From: Clostridia bacterium
GTDB taxonomy: Bacteria; Bacillota; Clostridia; Christensenellales; Aristaeellaceae
Length of the DNA: 64,000 nucleotides
Reading direction: 5' to 3'
Assembly (NCBI GenBank): GCA_017652125.1
Contig: JAGCBO010000058.1
Span: forward strand, 1,409 to 65,408
The notes under the pieces are model-generated. The model did not search any database. It was not told the origin of the DNA and saw only the letters and a program-made list of their open reading frames with translations. This document shows positions 55,084-64,000 of the stretch, piece by piece. A program made the position numbers and the translations under genes. Numbering within the stretch: position 1 is the first letter of the stretch; each line of letters starts with the position of its first letter.

Positions 55084-56430
55084 ATGGAAGGATTACTGAG
55101 AAACCGGGTGCAGCGTTTTATCGACCGGCTGGCCGCTGACAGGGTGAATCTGCATGGATTCATCCTGTCAGCGGGCGGACAGATCAAGGCAAAAGCCTGT
55201 TACGCGCCGTTCCGGGAAGAACAGATGCATCGGATGTACTCCGTCAGCAAGACGATGGTCGGACTGGCGGTCGGCATGCTGGCGGAGGAGGGAAAGCTTT
55301 CCCTGGATCAGCCGGTTACGGATTTTTTTCAGGATCTGCTGCCGGAAAAGCCGGATGAAAGACTGCTGCGGCTGAAGATCCGGGATATGCTGCGGATGGC
55401 GACCTGCTACGAGCAGACCAGCTACCGGGAAGGGGTGGATGAGGACTGGACCCGTCCGTTTTTTACGGATACGCCTTCCCATGAACCCGGAACGGTTTTT
55501 CACTACGATACGGGCTGCTCGCAGGTGCTCAGTTCCCTGGTCCGCCGGCTGTCGGGGGAGGAAGTGATCGACTTTCTGAACCGGCGCCTGTTTGAGCCGC
55601 TGGGATGCCGGGATCCGCGGAAATGGCTGCGGGATCCCGCGGGGCAGTGCCAGGGCGGCACGGGCCTCTGCATGAGCCTGCGGGATCTTCATACCGTCGC
55701 CCGCTGCCTGATGGAAGGGGGCCGGGGACTGGTTCCGTCCTGGTATATCCGGGAGATGACCCGGAAGCAGATCGGAACCCTGATGCGGGAAAATGACGAG
55801 GAACGCTACGGCTACGGATGGCAGTGCTGGCAGACCCGGGCGGGCTGGGCCATGTACGGGATGGGCGGCCAGATGGTGATCGCCTGCCCGGAGCAGGATG
55901 CCCTTCTGTGCACGGTCGCGGATACACGGCTGGACAACTGGGGGATCCAGAAGCTGTACAACGCCTTTTTTGAGGAAATTGTTCCCGGTCTGGGACGGGA
56001 GGATATGGAGCCGGAAACCTGGAATCTGCAGGCTCTGTCGCTGACCAGCGATCCCTCCCTGGCGGTATCCGCCGCCGGTCCCTTCTTCTTTGAGCAGGGA
56101 AACCCGCTGGGGATGAAGTCGCTGGCGCTGGAAGGAAACCGGCTGAGCTGGGAAAACGCCGGCGGGAAGGCGGAGCTTGCCTTTGCCCCGGGCGGTCTGG
56201 CGGAAACGGACTGGCCCGGCCGGCCCGGAGTCCCGGCGCTGGCGGCGGCGGGATGGACGGAGGAGCCGGGACTGCTCCGGCTGCAGTGCCACGCGGTCGG
56301 GGATGCTCCCTGCGGCTTCGAGATGCTGCTGCTGTTCCGGAAGGACAGCGTCACCCTGCAGGCCCGGCGTTCCTGGGATCCGCTCACGGAGGGGTATGAA
56401 GGGGTCGCCACCGGAAGGCTCCGGGAATAG
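55084..56430 (+). CDS. Serine hydrolase, beta-lactamase class C/esterase family (cytoplasmic)
   Basis: SVSK SxxK motif, PGTVFHY, LFEPLG, YGYGW, GMGGQ. Confidence 0.88.
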   Translation: MEGLLRNRVQRFIDRLAADRVNLHGFILSAGGQIKAKACYAPFREEQMHRMYSVSKTMVGLAVGMLAEEGKLSLDQPVTDFFQDLLPEKPDERLLRLKIRDMLRMATCYEQTSYREGVDEDWTRPFFTDTPSHEPGTVFHYDTGCSQVLSSLVRRLSGEEVIDFLNRRLFEPLGCRDPRKWLRDPAGQCQGGTGLCMSLRDLHTVARCLMEGGRGLVPSWYIREMTRKQIGTLMRENDEERYGYGWQCWQTRAGWAMYGMGGQMVIACPEQDALLCTVADTRLDNWGIQKLYNAFFEEIVPGLGREDMEPETWNLQALSLTSDPSLAVSAAGPFFFEQGNPLGMKSLALEGNRLSWENAGGKAELAFAPGGLAETDWPGRPGVPALAAAGWTEEPGLLRLQCHAVGDAPCGFEMLLLFRKDSVTLQARRSWDPLTEGYEGVATGRLRE

Positions 56431-56464
56431 TTCGTACTTTTTATGTTCTCCCTTTCTGAACCGA

Positions 56465-56493
56465 TTGACGGGATCAAAGCGGAAAGCTATGAT
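56465..56493 (+). promoter_or_regulatory. sigma70/SigA-type promoter
   Basis: TTGACG-17 bp-TATGAT (overlapping TGATATAAT). Confidence 0.65.
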
Positions 56494-56499
56494 ATAATA

Positions 56500-56544
56500 C
56501 AAAGAGCAAAGGCGTCTTTGAGGCAGTTCCTCGGAGACGCTTTT
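56500..56544 (+). promoter_or_regulatory. Leader attenuator: hexaloop hairpin overlapping a terminator hairpin
   Basis: CAAAGA(G)C-AAAGGC-GTCTTTG competes with AAAGGCGTCTTTGAGG-CAGTT-CCTCGGAGACGCTTTT. Confidence 0.55.
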
Positions 56545-56575
56545 GAGGTTTCGGATACGGGAGGCTGAACGTAGA

Positions 56576-58168
56576 ATGAAGAAACGGATCTGGTTGCTGG
56601 TGCCGCTGATGATCACAGGAAGCGCAATGGCGGAGGAATCCGGCGGATTTATGGATGGCGTGGCGAAGGTCAACGACGCGGTGAACGGTGTGGTCTGGGG
56701 CGTCCCCGCCCTGGTGCTGCTGGCCTTTGTGGGAATCCTGATGACGGTGCTGACCAAAGTGTTTCAGGTGACGCATTTCGGACACTGGATCAAAAAGACC
56801 ATCGGAGCCGTTTTCAGCGATAAGCATGTAACGAACCATACGTCGGACCGGAGCATTTCCCAGTTCCAGTCCCTGTGCACCGCGCTGGCGGCCACGGTGG
56901 GGACCGGCAACATCGTGGGCGTGGCCGGCGCGATTATGGTCGGCGGTCCGGGCGCGGTCTTCTGGATGTGGGTCATGGCCTTCCTGGGCATGATGACCAA
57001 CTATTCCGAGAATGTGCTGGGCATTTTTTACCGCCGGAAGAATTCCCGGGGTGAATGGTCCGGCGGAGCGATGTACTATCTGAGGGACGGCCTCGGCGCC
57101 AGAAAGGGCGGGAAAACCGTCGGAAAGGTGCTGGCCTGGCTGTTCTCCCTGTTCTGCCTGCTGGCTGCCTTCGGCATCGGCAATATGACCCAGGTCAATT
57201 CCATATCCGGCAATATGGAGACGGTTTTCGGCGTGCCGACCTGGGTGACCGGTGTGGTCATCATGCTCCTGGTGGGGCTGGTGGTCGTCGGCGGCCTGAA
57301 GCGGATCGCGGCCGTGACGGAGAAGATTGTTCCCTTTATGGTGATCCTGTACATGATCGGCACCATTGTGATTTTTGTGATGAACATCCATCAGTTCGGC
57401 GCGGTGTTCTCCTCCATTTTCCGGGGCGCTTTCGCGGTTCAGGCGGCAACGGGCGGCGTAGTCGGTTACGGTATCCGGCTGGCCATTGAACAGGGGATGA
57501 AACGGGGCGTCTTCTCCAACGAGGCCGGTCTGGGCTCCTCGGTCATGGTGCATTCCAACTCCAATGTGAAGGAGCCGGTCAAGCAGGGCATGTGGGGCAT
57601 CTTTGAGGTGTTTGCGGATACGATCGTGGTATGCACCCTGACCGCCTTCGCCGTGCTTTCTTCCGGACTGGTGAATCTGGAAACCGGAGTTACGGCGGCG
57701 GAGTATGTGACCCGCGCGGGGGAAACCATTACCCTGACGAAGGCCAATCTGGTTTCTTCCGTATTTAATATGCGGTTCGGCTTTGTCGGATCGGCATTTA
57801 TCGCGATTTCCATCATGCTGTTCGCGTTTTCCACGGTGCTGGGCTGGAGCCACTACGGCACCAAGGCCTGCGAATACCTGCTGGGGGAAAAGCGGACGAT
57901 TCCGTACCGCATCCTGTTTGTGCTCCTGGTTTTCGGCGGAGCGGTGATGGGGGACAACCTGGCCTGGTCTCTTGCGGATACCTTTAACGGGCTGATGATG
58001 ATTCCCAACCTGATCGGCGTCATCGCGCTGTCCGGCGTGGTGATGAAAATCACGAAAAACTATGTGAACCGGACAATGAAGGGATCAAAGGAGGCTCCGA
58101 TGTATTCCGCCTTCCCGGAGGTTCAGCGGGAGCAGGAGCTGGCGCCGGATCCCTCGGAAGGAAACTGA
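56576..58168 (+). CDS. Alanine/glycine:cation symporter (AGCS family)
   Basis: ALAATVGTGNI, GGPGAVFWMW, GGAMYY, RGVFSNEAGLGS, DTIVVCTLT. Confidence 0.95.
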   Translation: MKKRIWLLVPLMITGSAMAEESGGFMDGVAKVNDAVNGVVWGVPALVLLAFVGILMTVLTKVFQVTHFGHWIKKTIGAVFSDKHVTNHTSDRSISQFQSLCTALAATVGTGNIVGVAGAIMVGGPGAVFWMWVMAFLGMMTNYSENVLGIFYRRKNSRGEWSGGAMYYLRDGLGARKGGKTVGKVLAWLFSLFCLLAAFGIGNMTQVNSISGNMETVFGVPTWVTGVVIMLLVGLVVVGGLKRIAAVTEKIVPFMVILYMIGTIVIFVMNIHQFGAVFSSIFRGAFAVQAATGGVVGYGIRLAIEQGMKRGVFSNEAGLGSSVMVHSNSNVKEPVKQGMWGIFEVFADTIVVCTLTAFAVLSSGLVNLETGVTAAEYVTRAGETITLTKANLVSSVFNMRFGFVGSAFIAISIMLFAFSTVLGWSHYGTKACEYLLGEKRTIPYRILFVLLVFGGAVMGDNLAWSLADTFNGLMMIPNLIGVIALSGVVMKITKNYVNRTMKGSKEAPMYSAFPEVQREQELAPDPSEGN

Positions 58169-58210
58169 GCAATAAAAACAAAAAAAAGACAAAGGCCAGC
58201 TGAAACATCA

Positions 58211-58239
58211 TTGACGCAGAATTCCGGTTCATTTATAAT
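58211..58239 (+). promoter_or_regulatory. sigma70/SigA-type promoter of the opp operon
   Basis: TTGACG-17 bp-TATAAT. Confidence 0.7.
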
Positions 58240-58337
58240 ATTAAGACGTTTTCATCAGAATGTGCCGCGCAGCCGCCGGATGCCGTTCCGGCGTTTGCCG
58301 GTTCCTGAAAAGACGCAGCAGAAGCGGGAGTGTGTTC

Positions 58338-59264
58338 ATGAGTTCAAAAATGCTGACCTATATCCTCAAAAGGTTTCTGATGGCCTTGCTGACGATTTTT
58401 CTGGTCATCGCGATCACCTTTTTTGTGATGCACGCGATTCCGGCGTCCCCCTTTTCTTCGGAGAAGGCCAAGAGCGACGCGGTGATCGCGGCTCTGGAGG
58501 CGAAGTACGGCTTTGATAAGCCGGTTACCGTTCAGTTCTGGAACTATCTGGTGAATATTCTGCACGGGGATTTCGGCTTATCCACAGGCTGGGTCGGCAA
58601 TACCGTGATAGAGCTCATCATGGGCGGGTTTTCCTATTCGGCGAGAATCGGGTTTACGGCCGGCGTGATCGCGATTGTTCTGGGGGTGATTCTCGGATCG
58701 GTCGCGGCGCTTCGCAGGGATAAATTTCTGGATAAAATCATACAGGTGATCACGACGGCTCTGGTTTCCATGCCGTCCTTCGTCATGGCGACGATTCTGC
58801 TGCTGGTTTTCGCCCTTCAGCTGAACTGGCTCCCGTCTCTGGGAAATCAGCCGGGCGGTCTGGTGCTGCCGATCATTTCCCTGAGCCTGTATCCGATGGC
58901 CTATGTGACCAAGCTGCAGCGCTCTTCCTTGCTGGACGTACTCGGGCAGGATTATATCCGTACCGCCCGGGCAAAAGGGGTCAGCAATACCGGCGTGATT
59001 TTCAGGCACGCGCTGAAGAACACGCTGACGCCGGTCATTACCTACGCCGGCCCGATGATGGCCTATATTCTGACCGGATCCATGGTGGTGGAAAACATTT
59101 TCTCTGTCCCCGGTCTGGGCCGCCTGTTCACCAACAGCATGCTGCGGACGGATTACATGATGATCATGGGCGTTACGATTTTCCTGGCCACGATGATCAT
59201 CCTCATGAACTTTCTGGGAGATATTCTGTACAAGGTCGTGGATCCCAGAATCGATCTGAGCTGA
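58338..59264 (+). CDS. oppB: Oligopeptide ABC permease
   Basis: YGFDKP, GDFG.S, QDYIRTARAKG, HALKN, VENIFSVPGLG, DPRI. Confidence 0.93.
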   Translation: MSSKMLTYILKRFLMALLTIFLVIAITFFVMHAIPASPFSSEKAKSDAVIAALEAKYGFDKPVTVQFWNYLVNILHGDFGLSTGWVGNTVIELIMGGFSYSARIGFTAGVIAIVLGVILGSVAALRRDKFLDKIIQVITTALVSMPSFVMATILLLVFALQLNWLPSLGNQPGGLVLPIISLSLYPMAYVTKLQRSSLLDVLGQDYIRTARAKGVSNTGVIFRHALKNTLTPVITYAGPMMAYILTGSMVVENIFSVPGLGRLFTNSMLRTDYMMIMGVTIFLATMIILMNFLGDILYKVVDPRIDLS

Positions 59265-59291
59265 CAGGACAGCGGCGGAGGAAAGGAAAAG

Positions 59292-60335
59292 ATGGCAGAA
59301 AAAAAGAAATTCAAAAATCCCCTGAGCCTGCAGATTGATCCGGCTCTGTTTGAAACCGCGACGGACGAGGAAAAAGCGCAGCAGGTTACGATGCGGGAAT
59401 CGGTATCCTTTATGAAGGATGCCATGCGGCGGCTGCGGAAGAATAAAATGGCGATGGTTTCCCTGTGCGTGATCGTGCTGATCGCGCTGATTGCCTTCAT
59501 CGTACCGACGTTCTATCCCTACACCTATACCAAGCAGGATGTTACGGCGCAGAACCTGGCTCCTTTTCAGTATTCCGCCAAGGAGCAGATGAAAATCGAC
59601 AAAGGGCAGAACGTTTTTCCGCATATTATGGGAACGGATAACCTCGGGCGGGATTACGCGATCCGGGTGATCTACGGGACGCGGATCTCGCTGCTGGTCG
59701 GGATCTTCTCCGCGCTGATCGTTATCGTGATCGGTATTCTCTACGGTTCCGTTTCCGGCTATTTCGGCGGCAAGGTGGACATGGTCATGATGCGGATCGT
59801 GGATATTATCTATTCCCTGCCCGATGTGCTGATTGTGATTCTGCTCTCCGTGGCGATCAAGGACTGGGTGGCCGGCTCCAAAAGCGAGCTGATTGCCCGC
59901 CTGGGCGCCGGCATGGTCAGCATCTTTATTGTATTCGGTCTTCTGTACTGGGTCAGCATGGCCCGGCAGGTGCGGGGGCAGATTCTGTCCATCAAGGAGC
60001 AGGAATATGTGCTGGCTTCCCGGGCGATCGGATCCGGGCCCTTCTGGATTATCCGGAAGCACATGATTCCCAACTGCGTGTCCGTCATCATCATTATCGC
60101 GGCCATGCAGATCCCCAGCGCCATATTTACGGAGAGCTTCCTGAGCTTCCTGGGGCTGGGCGTGTCTGTTCCCATGCCGTCTCTGGGATCCCTGGCTTCC
60201 GACGCGAGATCGGCGCTGCGCTCCTATCCCTATCAGCTGATCTTTCCGGCCCTGTCCATCTTCCTGATTGTTCTTTCCTTCAATCTGCTGGGCAACGGTC
60301 TGCGGGACGCGTTTGATCCCAAGCTGAGAAACTGA
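59292..60335 (+). CDS. oppC: Oligopeptide ABC permease
   Basis: HIMGTDNLGRD, GTRISL, EYVLASRAIG, ESFLSFLGLG, GLRDAFDP. Confidence 0.93.
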   Translation: MAEKKKFKNPLSLQIDPALFETATDEEKAQQVTMRESVSFMKDAMRRLRKNKMAMVSLCVIVLIALIAFIVPTFYPYTYTKQDVTAQNLAPFQYSAKEQMKIDKGQNVFPHIMGTDNLGRDYAIRVIYGTRISLLVGIFSALIVIVIGILYGSVSGYFGGKVDMVMMRIVDIIYSLPDVLIVILLSVAIKDWVAGSKSELIARLGAGMVSIFIVFGLLYWVSMARQVRGQILSIKEQEYVLASRAIGSGPFWIIRKHMIPNCVSVIIIIAAMQIPSAIFTESFLSFLGLGVSVPMPSLGSLASDARSALRSYPYQLIFPALSIFLIVLSFNLLGNGLRDAFDPKLRN

Positions 60336-60354
60336 TGAAAGGAGGATCCGACAG

Positions 60355-61368
60355 ATGAGTTTGCTCGAGGTACGCGATCTGCACACATCCTTCTTTACGA
60401 CGGCGGGCGAGGTCAAAGCCGTCAACGGGCTCAGCTTTTCCCTGGACGAGGGGAAGGTTCTGGGCATTGTGGGGGAGAGCGGTTCCGGGAAATCGGTGAC
60501 GGCTTATTCCATTCTGCAGATTCTGACCCATCCCGGGAAAATTGTTTCCGGTTCGATTAAGTTTAACGGCACGGAGCTGGTGGGCAAGAGCGACGAGGAG
60601 ATGCGGAAAATCCGCGGGAATAATATCTCCATTATCTTTCAGGATCCCATGACGTCGCTGAATCCCACCTATACGATTGGCCGCCAGCTGATGGAGGCGA
60701 TCCTGCTGCATACGGACCGGAACAGGCAGGAGGCTCGGGAGCGGGCGCTGGAAATGCTGCAGCTGGTGAATGTAAACGAGCCGAAGAAGCGGCTGGAGCA
60801 GTATCCGTATGAGCTGTCCGGCGGCATGCGCCAGCGGGTGATGATTGCCATGGCGCTGGCCTGCGAGCCGGATATCCTGATCGCGGATGAACCTACGACC
60901 GCCCTGGATGTGACCATTCAGGCCCAGATTCTGGAGCTGATGCAGGATCTTCAGAAAAAACTGGGAATGGCGATTATCATGATCACCCATGATCTGGGCG
61001 TGGTGGCCCAGCTCTGCGACGAGGTGATTGTCATGTACGCCGGATCCGTCTGCGAACGGGGAACGGCGGACGCAATTTTCTATCATCCCGCCCATGAATA
61101 CACCAGGGGACTGATGCGTTCCATTCCCCGGGATGAAAACAACGGGATGCGTCTGCAGCCGATTACCGGAACGCCGATCGATCTGCTGAACATGCCGGCC
61201 GGCTGCCCTTTCGCGCCCCGGTGCGACCGGGCGATGAAGATCTGCCTGCAGAAAAAAGCCGAGGAGATATGGATCGGGGAGGATCATATTTCGGGCTGCT
61301 GGCTGAACGTGAAGGATCTTCTGGAGCGGGGAATTGACACTGCGGAAGGAGTCGGCGGGGATGAGTGA
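60355..61368 (+). CDS. oppD: Oligopeptide ABC ATP-binding protein
   Basis: [44 protein letters not shown]. Confidence 0.95.
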   Translation: MSLLEVRDLHTSFFTTAGEVKAVNGLSFSLDEGKVLGIVGESGSGKSVTAYSILQILTHPGKIVSGSIKFNGTELVGKSDEEMRKIRGNNISIIFQDPMTSLNPTYTIGRQLMEAILLHTDRNRQEARERALEMLQLVNVNEPKKRLEQYPYELSGGMRQRVMIAMALACEPDILIADEPTTALDVTIQAQILELMQDLQKKLGMAIIMITHDLGVVAQLCDEVIVMYAGSVCERGTADAIFYHPAHEYTRGLMRSIPRDENNGMRLQPITGTPIDLLNMPAGCPFAPRCDRAMKICLQKKAEEIWIGEDHISGCWLNVKDLLERGIDTAEGVGGDE

Positions 61369-62341
61369 AAAAAGCACGCTGGTGGAAGTAAAGGGCCTGA
61401 AGGAATACTTCGATATCAACGTCGGTTTTTTCAGGACGAAACCCCTGAAGGCGGTGGACGACGTTTCCTTCTCCATCCGCAAGGGGGAGACGCTCGGCCT
61501 GGTCGGGGAATCCGGCTGCGGCAAGACAACGGTCGGCCGGACGATGCTGTATCTGTATCAGCCGACTGCGGGCGAGATTTATTTTGGCGGTGAAAAAATC
61601 GAGGGAAAGGAATCCCTGAAGCGCTACCGGCGCAAGGCGCAGATGGTTTTTCAGGATCCCTATTCCTCGCTGAATCCCCGGATGACGGTGGGGGATATCG
61701 TGGCGGAACCGCTGGATGTGCACCGCCTGTATCAGAACAGGGCGGAACGAAACGAGCGGGTCATTCAGCTGCTGGATCTGGTCGGCCTGAACAGCGAGCA
61801 CGCTTCCCGTTATGCGCATGAGTTTTCCGGCGGCCAGCGGCAGCGGATCGGGATTGCCCGGGCGCTGGCGGTTAACCCGGAATTCATCGTCTGCGATGAA
61901 CCGGTTTCCGCGCTGGATGTTTCCATCCAGGCCCAGGTGATCAACATGTTTGATGATCTGCAGGACCGGCTGGGGCTGACCTATCTGTTTATCGCGCATG
62001 ATCTGCTGGTGGTTCGCCATATTTCGGACCGGATCGCGGTCATGTACCTGGGCAAGATGGTGGAGCTTGCGGATGCGGAGGAGATTTATCATCATCCGCT
62101 GCATCCCTATTCCCGGTCCCTGCTGAGCGCCGTGCCGCTGCCGGATCCCAAAGCGGCCCGGGCGAACAAAAGGATCGCGCTGTCCGGCGATATTCCCAGC
62201 CCGCTGAACGCTCCGTCCGGCTGTCCCTTCAGAACCCGCTGCCCCTACGCGGCGGAGATCTGCAGCGGGAGCATGCCGGAATTTAAGGAGGCGGAAAGCG
62301 GTCATTATGTGGCCTGCCACCGCCTGGCGGAAATCGGCTGA
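61361..62341 (+). CDS. oppF: Oligopeptide ABC ATP-binding protein
   Basis: [34 protein letters not shown]. Confidence 0.95.
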   Translation: MSEKSTLVEVKGLKEYFDINVGFFRTKPLKAVDDVSFSIRKGETLGLVGESGCGKTTVGRTMLYLYQPTAGEIYFGGEKIEGKESLKRYRRKAQMVFQDPYSSLNPRMTVGDIVAEPLDVHRLYQNRAERNERVIQLLDLVGLNSEHASRYAHEFSGGQRQRIGIARALAVNPEFIVCDEPVSALDVSIQAQVINMFDDLQDRLGLTYLFIAHDLLVVRHISDRIAVMYLGKMVELADAEEIYHHPLHPYSRSLLSAVPLPDPKAARANKRIALSGDIPSPLNAPSGCPFRTRCPYAAEICSGSMPEFKEAESGHYVACHRLAEIG

Positions 62342-62415
62342 CCCGCTTTACTGACCCGGTTCATTGATACGGGAAACCGTATTATATGATAATATTTTTG
62401 AAGGAGGAACCCCTC

Positions 62416-64000
62416 ATGAAAAAGCTTTTGGCTCTTGTGCTGGCTCTGACCATGGTGATGGGTCTGTTCTCCTTTGCCTCCGCGGAAGCGGAAGGCAAGG
62501 TGATCAGCCTGTTCCTGGGCGGCGGCACTCCCCTGTCCATGGATCCGGCGCTGAACAGCGCGTCCGCCGGCTCCAATATCATCCGTTCCGCGTTCGCGGG
62601 ACTGACCGGCTTCCAGTATAACGCTCAGGGAGATCCGGAAATGGCCCCTGAAGTGGCGGAATCCTACACGATTTCCGAAGACGGCCTGACCTATTCCTTC
62701 GTTCTGCGGGAAGGCCTGAAATGGTCGGACGGCGCTGACTGCACCGCCTCTCAGATCAAGGCTTCCTGGGAGCGGGCCGCCTCTGCCGAGCTGGGCGCGT
62801 ACTACGGCTTCCTGTACGATGTGATCTCCCGGAAGGAAGACGGCTCTCTGGATATCGATGTGGATGACGCCGCCCGTACCTTCGTGGTGCATCTGCCCCA
62901 GCCCTGCGCTTACTTCCTGGATCTGTGCGCGTTTGTTCCCTTCTATCCGGTGCGGGTGGATCTGGCGGACAACGAGGGCATCTGGGCGACCAAGCCGGAA
63001 AGCTATGTCGGCCTGGGCGCTTTCAAAATGACCGAATACTCTGTGGACGACAAGATCGTGTTCGAGAAGAATCCCTACTACTGGAACGCGGACGCGGTGA
63101 AGCTGGGCGGCCTGATCTTCTATCTGTCCGAGGACAACACGGCCATCCTGACGGCTTACGAAAACAACACGGTGGAATACATCCAGTCCATCTCCTCTTC
63201 TGAATTCGAACGGCTGAACGCCACCTATCCCGGCGAACTGGAGTTCTATCCGACGCAGGGTACCTACTATGTCCTGTTCAATGTTTACAAGGATCTGAGC
63301 CCCGTGGCCAAGCAGCTGACCGTGCAGGAGCAGAGCAAAGCCCGCTTCGCGCTGGGACAGCTGATCAACCGCTATGAAGTGGTGACCTATGTGACTAAGG
63401 GCGGCGAAGTTGCCGCTACCGGTTTCTTCCCGGTCGGCCTGTCCGACGGCCTGCATGCCGACGTTCGCGGCGCGGAAGGCTACGGCGTATGGTATACCGG
63501 AACCAACGAACTGTCCGATGTGAATCCCGATCTGACCAAGGATCAGGTTGAAGCGCTGCAGACGCTGGTGGATCTGGGCTATCCCTACACCGGAACCATC
63601 GAGGGCGGAGACATTACCTTCACCGATTTCCCCTCCATCGAATTCGCCTTCAACACCAGCGGAAACAACGCGGCCATCATCCAGTACGTACAGGAAACCT
63701 GGAACCGCTTCGGCATCACCGGCGTGGTCAACCAGGAAGCCTGGGCGACGCTGCAGACCAAGCTGAAGGCCGGCGACGCGGAAGCGGCCCGGATGGGTTG
63801 GGTTGCGGACTTTAACGACGTCGTGAACTTCCTGGAGATCTTCATCTCCGCTTCCGGCAACAACTATCCGCGGCTGGGCCGTGATATCGGCGACTACAAG
63901 CGGAACAGCGAAGTGACCAAGGATGCCGGCGTGGGCGCCTACTGGGGCGAAAACGGCGACAAGACCTGGGCCGAAGCGTACGACGCCGTGGTGGACGCCG
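62416..64000 (+). CDS. oppA: Oligopeptide ABC substrate-binding protein (3' end outside the window)
   Basis: AAGGAGG RBS, MKKLLALVLALTMVMGLFSFASA, MDPA, SEDGLTYSFVLREGLKWSDG, KNPYYW, RMGWVADF; frame open to the window end. Confidence 0.9.
   Translation, partial: MKKLLALVLALTMVMGLFSFASAEAEGKVISLFLGGGTPLSMDPALNSASAGSNIIRSAFAGLTGFQYNAQGDPEMAPEVAESYTISEDGLTYSFVLREGLKWSDGADCTASQIKASWERAASAELGAYYGFLYDVISRKEDGSLDIDVDDAARTFVVHLPQPCAYFLDLCAFVPFYPVRVDLADNEGIWATKPESYVGLGAFKMTEYSVDDKIVFEKNPYYWNADAVKLGGLIFYLSEDNTAILTAYENNTVEYIQSISSSEFERLNATYPGELEFYPTQGTYYVLFNVYKDLSPVAKQLTVQEQSKARFALGQLINRYEVVTYVTKGGEVAATGFFPVGLSDGLHADVRGAEGYGVWYTGTNELSDVNPDLTKDQVEALQTLVDLGYPYTGTIEGGDITFTDFPSIEFAFNTSGNNAAIIQYVQETWNRFGITGVVNQEAWATLQTKLKAGDAEAARMGWVADFNDVVNFLEIFISASGNNYPRLGRDIGDYKRNSEVTKDAGVGAYWGENGDKTWAEAYDAVVDA

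Noticed and set aside
55084-56430. Beta-lactam resistance gene
   Set aside because: No signal peptide, and it lacks the canonical YxN/KTG set; it fits the broader esterase/amidase family.
56500-56575. Glycine riboswitch upstream of the AGCS symporter
   Set aside because: The leader is too short and lacks the GGAGA...CCGAAG...CTCTCAGG aptamer pattern.

Overview
GC-rich, gene-dense chromosomal window from a fermentative Clostridia-class bacterium. Signal-peptide style and gene content suggest a gut or rumen Christensenellales-like lineage (inference). It is dominated by carbohydrate uptake and signalling. Main blocks: a galactofuranose-type (YtfQRT-YjfF-like) ABC system with a YesM/YesN-type two-component system; GH5, GH3, CE4 and esterase genes; a DUF3048-RR-HK-GerMN-HtrA envelope cluster; a KDG kinase; a ~7.7 kb lower-GC fructose/sucrose/FOS islet bounded by a 26-bp direct repeat with a tRNA-Leu 3' remnant; aquaporin; two MATE exporters; a hybrid kinase; an AraC-regulated oligosaccharide ABC system; an AGCS amino-acid symporter; and an opp operon truncated by the window end. 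The most striking features are (1) a single-polypeptide acyl-adenylating enzyme-ACP-alpha-oxoamine synthase (SPT/AONS-like) followed by a MATE exporter, a candidate aminoketone/sphingoid lipid pathway in a Firmicute, (2) a small SH3b protein with a double-glycine bacteriocin-type leader, (3) the integrase-less islet, and (4) an ANTAR-like attenuator. No intact tRNA or rRNA, CRISPR array, integrase or transposase was seen. All calls come from motif reading by eye; no searches were run.
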